From the NCBI RefSeq assembly GCF_000281045.1, contig NW_008246068.1, positions 1,765,765-1,813,439 on the forward strand: DNA of 47,675 bases, given 5' to 3'. The position numbers and the translations under genes were made by a program. Of this stretch, positions 10,723 through 23,337 are shown in pieces (position 1 is the stretch's first letter; every line of letters starts with the position of its first letter). The stretch is from Saprolegnia diclina VS20 (taxonomy: Eukaryota). Under the pieces are notes generated by a model. That model was not told where the DNA came from, made no database searches, and was given only the letters and a program-made list of their open reading frames with translations.

Positions 10723-11853
10723 GCTGGTCTTGCGTTTCGGTGTTGGAAATTGGCAACTGGCGACTTGTCATCCTCCGGTGACGCCAGAAATGTATCTGTA
10801 CGTGTTCGATTTATCTTGATTGAAGTATGCCATAGTGTAAGGCGAACGTACGGTTGTACGGACTTGGTTCGGCCGAGGGCCCTGACGCGATGCTTGGCCC
10901 GCTTTCCCAAGACTGTCTCGACAGCTGGCTGCCGACCAGTTCGGCGGGGGATGGGTGCTGGCCCATACAAAACCCAAGTGCTTTGCAATGGGTTCGGCGC
11001 CGTTCGGTGGCCACGCCACGTGCAACAGACGTGATCATAAGCGCGCCCCTCGACGAGGACCCTACTGATTCACCAAGCCTACGTAGTATAAAATCCACTA
11101 ACTGATATGGGGTCCGCGCTAGCGGGCCACGCGCAGAGCGCCAGCGCCACGAGCCCACTTAAGCCGTGGAGCCTTGCATTTGAGACGGTAAGGAGAAGTG
11201 CGTTTTGGCATCTCGAACGCGCATGTGACTTGTCACCACGTGTCACACGCCAGCTGGGCTTCTAGATCTCTGAACCGGAGGATTGTTATGATCAAATGAC
11301 GATGTTATAACTGCGGGACGACGACTGCAGTGCAGCTCTGGGAGTGTTTTTGTATGAAAACTACTCATCACCTACGGTACGCTGGATAGTGGGAGGAGCA
11401 AGATGGCACTGCGCAACGCTGGATAGGCAAGTGGCAAGTGGCGAGATCACCGCCGAGGGCGGTGGCAGCAAACACACGCGAAACGACAGCTTTTCTCCAA
11501 CAACGAGTATCTCTTGCGAGGCCGGATCAACCGTCATCAAGGCGTTGGACGTTGAACCGAGATCGCTGCACCAGCAGGTGGGCGCCTGTCGCGCGAGCCA
11601 GCGTCGTGCAAAGTCACACTAATTGGCGTGCAAATGACGAGAGTTTTGGAGCGCCTGTCTGGGTTCGTCCGTGTTTACGTCGGGTGCCACCGTCACGCAT
11701 ACCACGGCCGTCGCAGCGTCTGCGTTATAACACGCAGCCAGCGACATCCAGCGCCGCAGCCTTTCGAAATGCAAAGCAACTCGGTTGGACTGAAGCCGAC
11801 AGCTGTCCGACCCTCATACACTACGGTATCATAGTTCGTCTACAGGTCTTCTA

Positions 11854-14800
11854 CTACTGGTGCTGGAGCCGGTCAACCTGCGCCTGTAGCGTCGCCAGTG
11901 CGGCCAAGCTCTCGCCGAGACTGGCGTGCTCGACAGAGGCTTGACCGATGCGTTCGTCGTCCTGCGCCTGGATGGCTTCGGGGACGTTCGTCGCGTACTT
12001 GGGGTCGGCCCGCTTGGCGTCCAGCATCGCGAGCGTCTTCGCAGCCTTGGCCTGGCGCTTCATGAGGCGGTCGACCTCGGCCGAAATGCGACCGCTGGTC
12101 TCGAGCCCGATGGGCAGCGGCAACAGCACTACGTTTTTATACACCCAATGAGCCAGCGTCCTTGCTGCTGTTGCCCGCGATCCCACTGCAGATCCTTCGG
12201 CATACGCCAGCATCCATATTCAATAACAAATCGTACCTTGGCAGTGCTCGTGTAGCGAGTGCGTGAGCCAGATATGGTCGGGCGACTTGGTCTCGTCGTC
12301 GACGGTGCTCACGAGCGCGACCGGCCCGGCCCGGCACTGCGTTGCAATGTCCTACGCACGCGGTGACATCCAGTGGCTTGCGACAGCGGCCACGTACGCT
12401 CAGGTTGCGCTGTAGGAGCGCCATCGTCGTCGCATCACTGCACTGAATCTTCAAGCCACTAAGAACACAGCTCGGTTCGTCAATGGGAGAGCGAAAAGGT
12501 GGTACTCGACGGTCGACGCGTCCGGCGCCAGCGTCTTGCGCGTGTGCCGCAACGACCGCACCGCGTGCATGACATCCAGTACCGCCTAAACCATCCAGTG
12601 TTTGATGCAGAATATGACCAAACGCCAAACCTGCATGCTCGCTTCGGCGTCACGGTCCACCCAGCGCGCCCACTGCGCCGGATCCGGGAACGCGGCCGTC
12701 ATGAGCGAGTGCTCGCTGCCGCCTTGGAGCCGCTGCCTACAGACGCTGATAAGCAGGTACGATCCGAGTCTTATTGTCTACCAGAGCTCTTCGGTCACAA
12801 ACGGCATGATGGGGTGCAAGAGCCGCAGCGACGTGTCCAAGGCAGTCGTCAGCGTCGCCTTGGCCGCCTCCTTGGCGTGCGCATCGTCGTCTTGGTACAG
12901 AACAGGCTTGGAGAACTCAATGTACACGTCGCAGAGCTCCTGGATGAAGAAGCGCTGGGCCGCCGTCGCGCTGGTGGCGAGCTTAAAGCTGCCGTAGCCG
13001 TCGTGCACCTTGGTGACGGCGTCCGCCTACCTCGACGGTCCATATCCAATTGAAATATTTTGCCATATATGCGTACCAGTCGGCTGAGAATCCAGCGGTC
13101 CGCGAGACTCATGGACGGCACGTGCGACTCGAGCGATGACGACGACGCTGTCTGCACCAATGGCAGCGCATACCGCAGAGCGTTCCACATCTTGTTGCAA
13201 AAGTGGCGCGACGCCACGACGCGCTGCAGATCCATGTTGATTTGACGACCTAGAAAGATATATGGATGCGTCGTATGGCCACTATCTATGTGTACCTTGC
13301 GAGAGATACGAGGCCAGCGTGAGCCGGAGCGCGTCCGTGCCGCAGCTCGGGAGGCCGCTCGGAAACTCCTTCTTGAGCTCCTTCTCGGCCCGCGCGCGCT
13401 CCTTGGGGTCGAGGTTGCCTTCCTGAAAAAGTATCAATGTATCAGATAACATCAGAGAGAGTATGTACGTGGAGGCCGTCGAGGAGCGTCGGGAGGTCGA
13501 TGCCGCCAATCACATGCAGCGGATCGATGACGTTGCCAAGGCTCTTGGACATCTTGCGGCCCGTCTTGTCGCGCACCATTGGGTGCAGCCACACAGCCTT
13601 AAACGGCTGTGTGCCGCCGCTGAGCTACACATAGCTCGATATATATACATTGATACAAACTTGATACTGTACCTCGGTGCAGAGCATGCTCATGCGGGCG
13701 ACCCAGAAGAAGAGAATGTCCGAGCCCGTCTCGAGGAGCGACATTGGGTACAAGTGGCGAATCGACTCGGGGACGCTATCGTCATTCGGCCACTCCTACA
13801 AACGCCATTAGGCATAGCTCTCCAGTATCAACTTGATACCAGCGACGAAAGCGGGAGCAAGGCCGAACTGAACCACGTATCGAGAACGTCTTCGTCTTGC
13901 TCGAGCGTGAATGAGCCCGGCGACAGGTCGTACTGCGTCATCGCCTGCGCCGTTGCGTCTTCGATGGACCGCGCGACGACCCACTTGTCGTCCGTCGTCA
14001 TCTTGTCGGTATGGACGCGGTAGGCCGGAATCCGGTGCCCCCACCACAGTTGGCGCGAGATGCACCAGTCCTGGACGTTGTCGAGGAAGTGATACCACGT
14101 GTGCTGGTGCTGCGTCGGCGGCTGGAACGGCAGCGCCTCCGTGCGCACCGCCTGCCTCAGACCGATCAGTTGGGCTCTGGTTGCTAACGACGTACCGCCG
14201 CCGAGCGCGCCGCCATGTCTTCGCACTTGATGAACCATTGCGGCATCAAGTACGGCTCGATGACGTTGCCCGAGCGCGAGCAGATTGAGACCGTCGTCGG
14301 GTGGTCCAGCTACGAGTCCTTCAGAGTCCCATAACGTTCACGACGCCCACCGTGTCGATGAAGAGCCCCTTTTCGCGGAGCAGCTCGATTATGTGGAGCC
14401 GCGCGTCAAAGCGGTCCAAGCCTGAGAGCGACGGGATGTCGGTCACCATCTTGCAGTCGAGGTCGATCACGATGGGCTCAGGCAGGTTATGGCGCTGGGC
14501 GCACGCAAAGTCGTTGGCGTCGTGGGCCGGCGTGATCTTGACGACGCCAGTGCCGAGCTCGGGGTTGACGAGCGCCGCGTCACAGACGATCGGGAGTCTC
14601 TGACCCGAGAACGGGTGCAGCACAGATCGCCCGTGGAGGTGCGTGTACCGGTCGTCCTCCGGGTGCACGGCGACGGCCACGTCCCCGAGGATGGTTTCCG
14701 GACGCGTCGTGTCGACCTCGACGAAGAGGTCGTCGGCGTCGGCGACCTAGACGCAAATTAGTGTTGCGAATGCTATACAACTGGGAAACCTGGTAGCGGA

Positions 14801-15624
14801 AGCGGTACATGACCCCAAACTCCACCGGCGCCTTGCGACCGGGCAGCGGCAGCAGCGTGCGCTTCGTCAACGGCACTGCGTCCACCTCAATGTCTGAAAT
14901 GGCGGTCTGGAGCGTCGGGCACCTACTCGACGCGTGAGATGCCTCCTCGCTGCATATGCTCGCACCAGTTGACCATGCGCCGGTGGCGGTAGATGAGGCC
15001 TTTCTCGTGGAGACGGACAAAGGCGTCGACGACCGCGGCCGACCTAGCGCATGCGTGAGCCATCATACAGGCATCATTTCGTCGCACGCACCGAGGACCG
15101 TCGAGCGTAAAGTACTTGTGGTCGTGGTTGAGGACGGCGCCGAGCCGGTCCAGCTGCCCGAGGATGCGCGACCCGTACGTCTCGTACCACGCCTCGACAT
15201 GGCTTAAGAAGGCGTCGCGGCCAATGTCGTGTCGCGTGAGCTGCTGCTCGCGCATGAGCTTCTTCTCGACGACACTCTGCGTGGCGATGCCGGCGTGGTC
15301 GAGGCCCGGGATCCAGCGCACGTCGAAGCCGCGCATGCGGTGCCAGCGCGCGATCGCATCCTGGATCGTCGCCGTGAGCGCGTGGCCAATGTGCAAGGCG
15401 CCAGTGATGTTGGGCGGCGGCAGCAGCATCGTAAAGTGCTCCGTCGCGTCCGGCGTCGACGCGTGCGTCTGCCAGTAGGGCTGCCAGCCCTCTTCCACCG
15501 ACATCGGGTCGTACGTCGGCGCCATCGGCGTCTCTAGAACGCGCCGCTTCAACGGCTCAGGTAACGATGCATATGAGCGCAAGAAACGCGTCGGCCGGCG
15601 CGGCTGCAACAAGCGGCGGATCAT
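11854..15624 (-). CDS. VARS: Valyl-tRNA synthetase, multi-exon, probably mitochondrial
   Basis: [13 protein letters not shown] (HIGH at 15382-15393), [49 protein letters not shown] (13541-13555), [28 protein letters not shown] and a C-terminal coiled arm. Arg-rich leader [19 protein letters not shown] from ATG at 15624. Exon boundaries were not individually resolved. Confidence 0.95.
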
Positions 15625-15926
15625 CGGCGGCTGGTTGGTACGCAATTGAATTCGGCATATGCCGCTTTCAACGTGACATGCGACACGCCAATATCGCGGG
15701 TCCTCGGTCGATAGCGTCACTGCGGCAGCTCCCCGGGACGTTGTCCGTTACTATCAATGGTACCCTAGTGCCGTAAGCGCACGTATGTTGGGTCGTTCTA
15801 ACGAAGGGCCGACGCCGCCGTTCATTTGGTGGCGCCACCACCAGCGCCGAAAACACTGAAATAGTGTATATCATCAAAAGGTGTGCGCACCGTTTCAAGA
15901 GATCTCAACGCAACTCGAACGACGAG
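15625..15926. promoter_or_regulatory. Putative bidirectional promoter between ValRS and the flippase-cyclase gene
   Basis: 302-bp interval, lower in GC than the flanking exons, between two head-to-head ATGs. Inferred from gene geometry only. Confidence 0.55.
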
Positions 15927-18900
15927 ATGGCTCGCGTCGCGCCGCTCACGCTGGCCAAGCTCCGCGGCCCGCGTCTGTGGGCGCGCGAGGTGACGCTCTT
16001 CGAGCGCGCCCCGGGGTATGGCAGCAATGGCGTGCGCACGTCCAAGTACACGCTGGCCTCGTTCGTGCCCCGGAGCCTCCTCGAGCAGTTCCGTCGCGTG
16101 GCCAACTTCTACTTTTTGATCATTTCGCTCCTGCAGCTCACGACGCGCTTGTCGCCGACCAACAAGTACTCGACGATCGGACCGCTCCTGCTCGTGCTGG
16201 TGGCGACCATGGCCAAAGAGGCCGTCGAAGACAAGGCGCGCCACGACGCCGACGCCAAGGTCAACCGCACGCGCACCATGGCGCTGCGCAACGGCGCCTT
16301 CGCCTCAATCGCATGGCAGGACGTAGTTGTTGGCGACGTCTTGCGTGTCTCAGAGCACGAGTGGGTGCCCGCGGACGCCGTGCTCTTGCTCACGTCCGAG
16401 CCAGAGCAGATCGCCCACGTCGGGACGGCCAACCTCGACGGCGAGACGAGCCTCAAGGTCAAGACGTGTCCGTCGTACGGCGACATTGTCCTCGAGCGGA
16501 CTGAGCACCTGCGCTCGGTCGCAGGCGTTGTTCGCACCGAGGCGCCCCACGAGTCCCTCTACACGTTCGAGGGCGAGATTGCTATGACGGACAAGGCGTC
16601 ACCAAGCAGCGCGGCCACCACGAGCTTGCACATGGACAACGTCGTGCTCCGGGGCACCAAGCTCGTCAACACTGAGTGGGTCATCTGCGTCGTCGTGTAC
16701 ACTGGGCGCGACACGAAGCTGCTCTTGAGCACGAAAGCGGCGCCGTCCAAGTTTTCCCGCGTCGACGCGATCGCCAACCGGTGCATCCTCCTCATGTTCC
16801 TCCTGCTTGTGCTCGCCGTGACGCTGAGCGCGGCCGGGACTGTCTACTACGAGGCCGCGTTGCACCAGCACACGTACCTCCAGGGTTCGTCGCCAACGTC
16901 ATTTGTGACCGCCTGGGTGACCTACCTCATCTTGTACAACAACCTCGTACGTCGACCTACGTGGCCGCGTCAATAAGATGTTGGATCTTAGGTTCCGATT
17001 TCGCTCTATATTAGCTTGGAAGTGGTCAAGTGGCACCAAGCGCGGCGCATGGAGCGAGACCCCAACCTGGTACCTTTCACTCTCCCACAGGTATATATTG
17101 ACAAATAAGAACTAGACGATCGACGGAGTCCCGACGCATGTGCGGACAACCAACCTCAACGAGGACGTCGGGCAAGTGAGCTACGTCTTCAGCGACAAGA
17201 CGGGCACGCTCACCAAGAACGAGATGGCCTTTCGCATCTGCAGCATCCACGGCGCCATCTACGACGTACAGCGCTTCTCTTGGTATAGTTTAATGTTCGT
17301 CACTGGCTCGAGTAGGACGCGTCGACACCAGTACCCCGCCGACAGAAGCCGAATTCGATCGCCGCCAACTGGGTGCACCAGACCCACGACGACCTGCTGG
17401 AGCGAGGCAGTGCGCTCGAGCCCGTCCAAGACTTTTTCCGGTGTCTCCTGCTCTGCCACACGGCGAGTGCGGCGCAAAGTGTGATGCGGTCGACGTCACC
17501 GGATGAAGTCGCACTCCTGAACGCGTGCCCGCGCTTCAACTGCGCCTTTGAAGGTCGGAGTCACAACACTCTGCGCATCCGCATCTTTGGCAAACGCGAA
17601 GAGTATTCGCTGCTGAGTCTCCACGAATTCGACTCGGACCGCAAGTGCATGTCGGTCGTCGTCCAGCGCAACAAGCTTTTTGACGACCAGGACCAACTGT
17701 TGACACCATGCAGCAAGAAGAGTTTGGCGCCGATCGTGGTGTACGTCAAGGGCGCCGACGCCAGCATGCTCCCATCGTCCCATGACTCGCTCCTGAGTCT
17801 GCACGTTCACTACTTTGCCTGCATGGGCCTTCGAACTCTCGTGTTTGGCCAAAAGATTCTGACGCCCTCGGCGTTCACTGCCTACAAGTTTAACAAAGCC
17901 AAGGACGAAGCCAGCGCGCTGCGGCACCTCGAGGCCAACGTCGACCTCCTTGGCGCGACCGGCATCGAAGACCGACTGCAAGACGGCGTCAAGGCCTGTG
18001 TCCGCAAGCTCGCGGACGCCGGCATCCACCTCTGGATGCTCACGGGGGACAAGGACGAGACGGCTGTCGCGATCGGCCACGCGTGCGGGCTCATTCCACC
18101 GAGCGCACGGCTGCTTGTGCTCGACAAGCGCACGAAACAAGACTGCCTTGACCAGATCACGCACATGCGCTACGTCCTCAAGAAGGACGGGCTCTGGGCC
18201 CCGCACAAGCCCAACGCCCAGCTCTCGCTCGTCCTCAACGGCGTCGCGCTCGAGTGCCTCCTCTCCGAGCCACCCAAGTCGTCGAAGCGCAGCAGTATCG
18301 TGCTCACGCGCCGCAGCATCCAGCTCGAGTGCGCGGTCAGCTACAGCACCCTAGCTTCATATACAGACGGCCCAACGGCCTTGATGGACCTCGTGAGCCA
18401 GTGCGGCAGCGTCATCGCGTGCCGCTTGTCGCCGTCGCAGAAGGCCGAGATTGTCGCCATGGTCAAGGCCAGCCCCAAGGCGCCCGTGACGCTTGCGATC
18501 GGCGACGGCGGGAACGACGTGACTATGATCCAGGAAGCGCACATCGGCGTCGGCATCGCGGGCCACGAAGGTCGTTGAGGTCCCATATGTGTTCTGAGAG
18601 GCTGTGATAGGCATGCAAGCGGTGCGGGCCGCCGACATTGGCGTCGGTCAGTTCCGGTGCCTCTCGCACCTCATTCTGCTCCACGGTCGATGGAACTACC
18701 TTCGCGTTACGAATCTCATCACGTTCACGTTCTACAAGAACGCTGTGCTCATCGGCAGCCTCCTCTGGTTCTCCTGTTCCTGCGGCTGGTCGGGCCAAAC
18801 CCTCTACGACTCGTACCTCATGGTCGGCTGGAACGTCGCGTACACGCTTCTGCCGCTCCTCGTGCTCGGGATTTTCGACCAAGACCTCCAGGCGTGGATC

Positions 18901-21900
18901 GTGTGGCAAGCGCCGCGTATTCTACAATGCCTCCCGCCCTTTGGCGTCAAGCAGATCTTATGCACGCTACTCAACGCACTCTACCACGCGACGCTGCTCG
19001 TGCTACTCACCATGCCGTCGGTACTGGGGACCTCGCTCGACACGGGCGGCCTCTTCCTCCTCGGCACGCGCTTCTACGGCATTCTCATTGTGACTGTGAC
19101 GCTCAAGGGCCTCTCGCTCATGCACCCAATGTACCGCTTCACGCGCTGGCATATAGCAGCACTGGTCGTGGGCGTCCTCGCCTACGTGGCCTTTGTCCAG
19201 GTGTACGCCCGCCTCTACCGCGTCTGGCCCAACGACGTCTTTGCCGACTTGTATGGGCTCGCGAGTCCAGCGCGCGACGAGCAACCACTCTTGCGCCTGC
19301 TCTTGTACCCTGTGCTCACACTGCTCTTGGACGCGACGGCGCGCGTGTTCCAGGTGTTGGTGGCGCCGACCAACGCCGACATCCTCGCCGAGCTCGAGGT
19401 CGCACCCCGTGGGCGGCGGATGCCGGGCACGGTCGCGTCCGACCGCTGGCGCACGCAGGACACGACGGGCTTTATGCTCCAGCGCTGCGAGACCTTTCGA
19501 AAGCTTGAGCTCTCGCCGCTCGACAAGGTGCTGCAGCAGCTCGCGCGCCTCCAGCGGGTACTCGCAACCCCTCGGCCTATCTGAACATGGGGCGTAGGAG
19601 GCGTCGATCGCCAACGGTCGGTCCGACCCGATGCTGCAAAAGGAGTCGGACTTGCAGCAAGGGTACGACCCGGCGACGATCCCGATGCACCCGCTCACCA
19701 TGGTGTTCTTCAAGCACCCGGACCTCGAGGCTGAGTACCACCGCGGGTTCGTCGCCCGCGAGCGCAGCCGCCTGCGCGTCGTGCTTCTCTGGGTCGTCGG
19801 CCTCCTCGTGCCGTACGCCGTCCTCGAGTACTATAGCAGCAGCGGGTCGCCGTCGCGGCTCGGGCTGCGCCTGGCTTTGCTCGTCGCAGCGCTCTTGTTT
19901 GTGGTCTACACGCGCTGTCGGCTCTTTGCCCTGCACTACCACGGCTGCCTCGCGCTCGTCTTGGCGTCCATGGCGCTGCTGCTCTCGGCGACCGTCGCCA
20001 CCACGGGCGTCTTCGCCGCGACGATCTTCCCGATCGTGCTCTTCGCCGTCGTCCGCATCAAGTTTGTGTACGCGGTCGCCACCGCGCTGCTGCATTTCGC
20101 CGCGTATGCCTACTGGACTCCGGCGCAGCTCAGCTGGTTTGGCGCGTACCTCGTGTTTGTGGCCGGCTTTGCGGCCAACGGCAGCTGGCGCACGCAGCGG
20201 GCGATGCGCCGGGATTTCCTGCAGAACCGATTTCTTTTGCACGAGGAGGCCCGCGCGCTGCGCATCTTGGACCACATGCTGCCACGCCATGTGATGCGTA
20301 AGCTCGAGGCGAGCGAGCCCGTCATCTCGGAGGCCGAGCCGTCCGTGACCGTCCTCTTCTGCGACGTGGTCGACTTTGGCCAGCTCCTCGAAGAGCACCC
20401 ACCACCCCATGTCGTACAGCTTCTCGACCACATTTACTCCCTCTTTGACGAGCTCTGCTTCAAGTACAGTGTACAGAAGGTACGCAGGCCTTCATCGTTT
20501 TCGAATGCTACGTTGATTAGGTCGAGACGGTCGGGAAGACCTACATGGCGTGCGCCGGCCTCCAAGAACACAAGCTGTCGACGCCGCCCGTGACGCCGCA
20601 TGCGCTACGCGCTGCGTGCTTAGCCACCGAGATGCTCGAGCGCCTCCGCGCGTGCCATTTCGACGAGCACGACCACGGTGCGTCACGTGTTTGATCGCGA
20701 TGGCTCAGAGAACGCAGGGCTACGGCTGCGCATTGGGCTGCACTCGGGGCGCGTCATCACGGGGCTCGTCGGGAAGAAGAAGCAGCAATTCTCGCTCTTC
20801 GGCGACACCGTCAATACGGCGTCGCGCATGCAGAGCAGTAGCAAACCCGGTCAGATCCGCGTCTCAGAGGCCACGTACGCTTCTCTCACCCCCCACTTTG
20901 AGGCGACGTCCGAGAAGCTCCTCATCAAAGGCAAGGGGGTAATGGACACGTTCATCTTGGGGGACCCGGCGTCCGACGCGGCGAGGGCCCTACTCTCGAT
21001 TATCGGCCGTTCGATGGACGAGACGGACATGCTATTGCAGCTCAGCGTTGTCGAGTGGCTCCAGTACGTTTTCCTTCCGATGGCGATCGCCCAGGCCGAC
21101 GAAGACGCGATGCAGTCCCACGTGCACTCAGTGTGGCTCACGTTTCACGACGCCGAGATGGAAGCCATCTACTTGCGCAAGGTCATGGGGAAGCAAGCCA
21201 CCGCCATGCGCTGGACGCTCTCCGTTCTGAGTCTCTACATGCTCTACGCCGTCGTGCGGGACGTCGGTCGATCCAGTGGCAGCGACGACACGGCCGCGCT
21301 CATCAGCATGCGCCTCGTACGTCTTATCGTCCAAGCGAGACCCTAACCCTTTCTCTGGAATAGATATACCTCGTGGCGGCGGCCACGACTGTGGGTCTAC
21401 TGACCTACTACCACGTCCAACTAAACTTTACGACGTCGACGACCGCCCGACGTCACCAAGTGCTCCTCGTACTGAGTCTTTTGCTCGCTCTCGCCGTTCT
21501 CGGCGGACCGCAATTCCCGACACTGGATGCACCGCTCGTCTTTGAGATCGTCCATCTCGACTGGCTCTTTGTGGCCTTTGTCGCGTCGAGTAGTGGGCTG
21601 CTCTTGCACGAGTTCACGCTGCTCCTCAACGGTCTCGTGCTCGGTGCGCAAGTGCTTTTGCTGCTTGTCTACAGCAGCGACATTCTCCGCCATGCGAACC
21701 CCCTTCTCTTCTCTAGCTTTGGTGTCGTCGCCAACGTTGTCGTTTCGCGCGGACTCGAGTTCTTTCGCCGGCGGCACGTGTGGCTGCAGACGCGCACCGA
21801 GGTCGAGACAGCCAAAGCCGACCACCTACTGTACCAGCGCCTCCCGCAGCGCGTCGTTTCCAAGCTCAAGACGGGCGAGTCGGTCTGCGAGACGCACCAC

Positions 21901-22748
21901 GAGGTACACCTTCCTCGCGTAGGGGTAGGTGTGAGCCGTTTCGGGGGTAGGTCGGCATTCTCTTCTCCGACATCCAGGGGTTTACGTCCCTCGCGTCGAA
22001 AGCGCAAACCGAGCAAGTGATCCAGATCCTCGATTCACTCTTCGCGGCCTTTGACGTCCTCACCGAGACCCACGGAGTCTTCAAGATGCAGACGATTGGC
22101 GATGCCTATGTGATCGTGTCGGGTCTACCCTACCCCGACATGGGCCTCTCTACCACCGTGCCGTCGTGGGTGCATACGTGTGCCAAGCGCCGCATGTCCC
22201 TCGCCGATATTCGCCAGCTAAACCAAGAGCTTGCGTCGAGCTGCGAGCCAACGGCGGTGCGCACTGTGGCTGAGCCCCTGCACCACTTGCAACGGCTCAT
22301 CGAGATGGGTCTCGCGATGCAGCGAGAGGTGGCCAAGGTACGTCGCCGCCTCCTCCGTGGTATAAGATACGAATTACCGTAGATCTTTGACCCGACGAGC
22401 GGCGACCGCTTGCAGATGCGCATTGGCATTCACGCTGGCTCGATTGTCGGGGGCGTCATTGGCACCACGACGCTACGCTACGACATGTGGGGGCCGGACG
22501 TCCTCTTGGCGAATGCGCTCGAAGCGAGCGGGATCCCCGGCGGCCTCGTCGTGAGCAGCGCTGTCCGTGACGCGCTGACGTCACACGACGTCCCCATGAC
22601 GTACCACAAGACGATTCAAAAGCACGTCGAGATCTACGCGGTGCGCGCAGAGACGAGGAAGGAAGACTGGGTCGTGTCCCTCCACGAGTCCGATCTGCGC
22701 AAAGCCAAACCCAAGTCTCTCACTGACGACCGCCGGTTCTCCAACTGA
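15927..22748 (+). CDS. Bifunctional P4-ATPase (phospholipid flippase)-guanylyl cyclase fusion, ~2126 aa, 11 exons
   Basis: GT-AG introns at 16947-16991, 17070-17115, 17266-17315, 18571-18610, 19558-19597, 20480-20520, 20678-20717, 21317-21363, 21904-21950 and 22338-22382 give one continuous frame of 6381 nt. ATPase motifs: [47 protein letters not shown]. These are followed by TM block, cyclase C1 ([21 protein letters not shown]), TM block, cyclase C2 ([23 protein letters not shown]). Confidence 0.93.
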
Positions 22749-23337
22749 TGATACCAATGCGCGTGTTAATGTCAATAATGCAAAGGGTTGCTGCTTGACG
22801 GCGACCCTCGGTGTGTGTGGCGGAGACTTGCACGCTTCTGTGTCGGGCTGGCCAAGCAAATAGGGTACTCTGACGCCGTGTACATCTTGGTATCACCTGG
22901 ATCGGTCAGCGTGTTATATGTGGCTAAAGATGACTAGAAGTGGCGCACGCCACTATTTACAATGCAGCCAATATCGCGGGCCATACGCCTCGTTGGGCGA
23001 CGCGAAGTAGCATTTTGTGGCCTCCGAAGCGCGTTCTACCTTGTGGCAAAGTTTAAGCGATTTCAATTTTCGATCGCATCTTCGCCATCCAGCGTCGAGC
23101 AGCGCGATGGCAGTGTGTGGATTTCGATTTCGGGACACATGATTGGATAAAAAGAGAAATCTAATGGCCAATGAGAGCATGACAATGGATCCCGCCCTCC
23201 CTGTCGAGCAATCTTCGCCTGCTTAGAACACTCGCCAAGCCACGACGTGAAGGCTGCACCAGAGCTGGCTGAAATCGATTTTGCCGAACGCATTAAGACC
23301 AACGGCCTTCGCTCACTTGCTCCGAGTACGTCGCTGC

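Noticed and set aside
10723..11853. Short ORFs between the zinc-finger gene and ValRS
   Set aside because: No motif or consistent coding bias. Treated as the upstream region of the zinc-finger gene.
14923..15720. ValRS start at 15720 and flippase start at 15864, as given by the ORF track
   Set aside because: Both are GTG starts under a prokaryotic-style rule. The first in-frame ATGs are at 15624 and 15927.
15864..22748. Separate flippase and adenylyl/guanylyl cyclase genes, as the ORF track suggests
   Set aside because: A canonical 40-nt intron joins them in frame, there is no room for a promoter, and the fused architecture is a known family.
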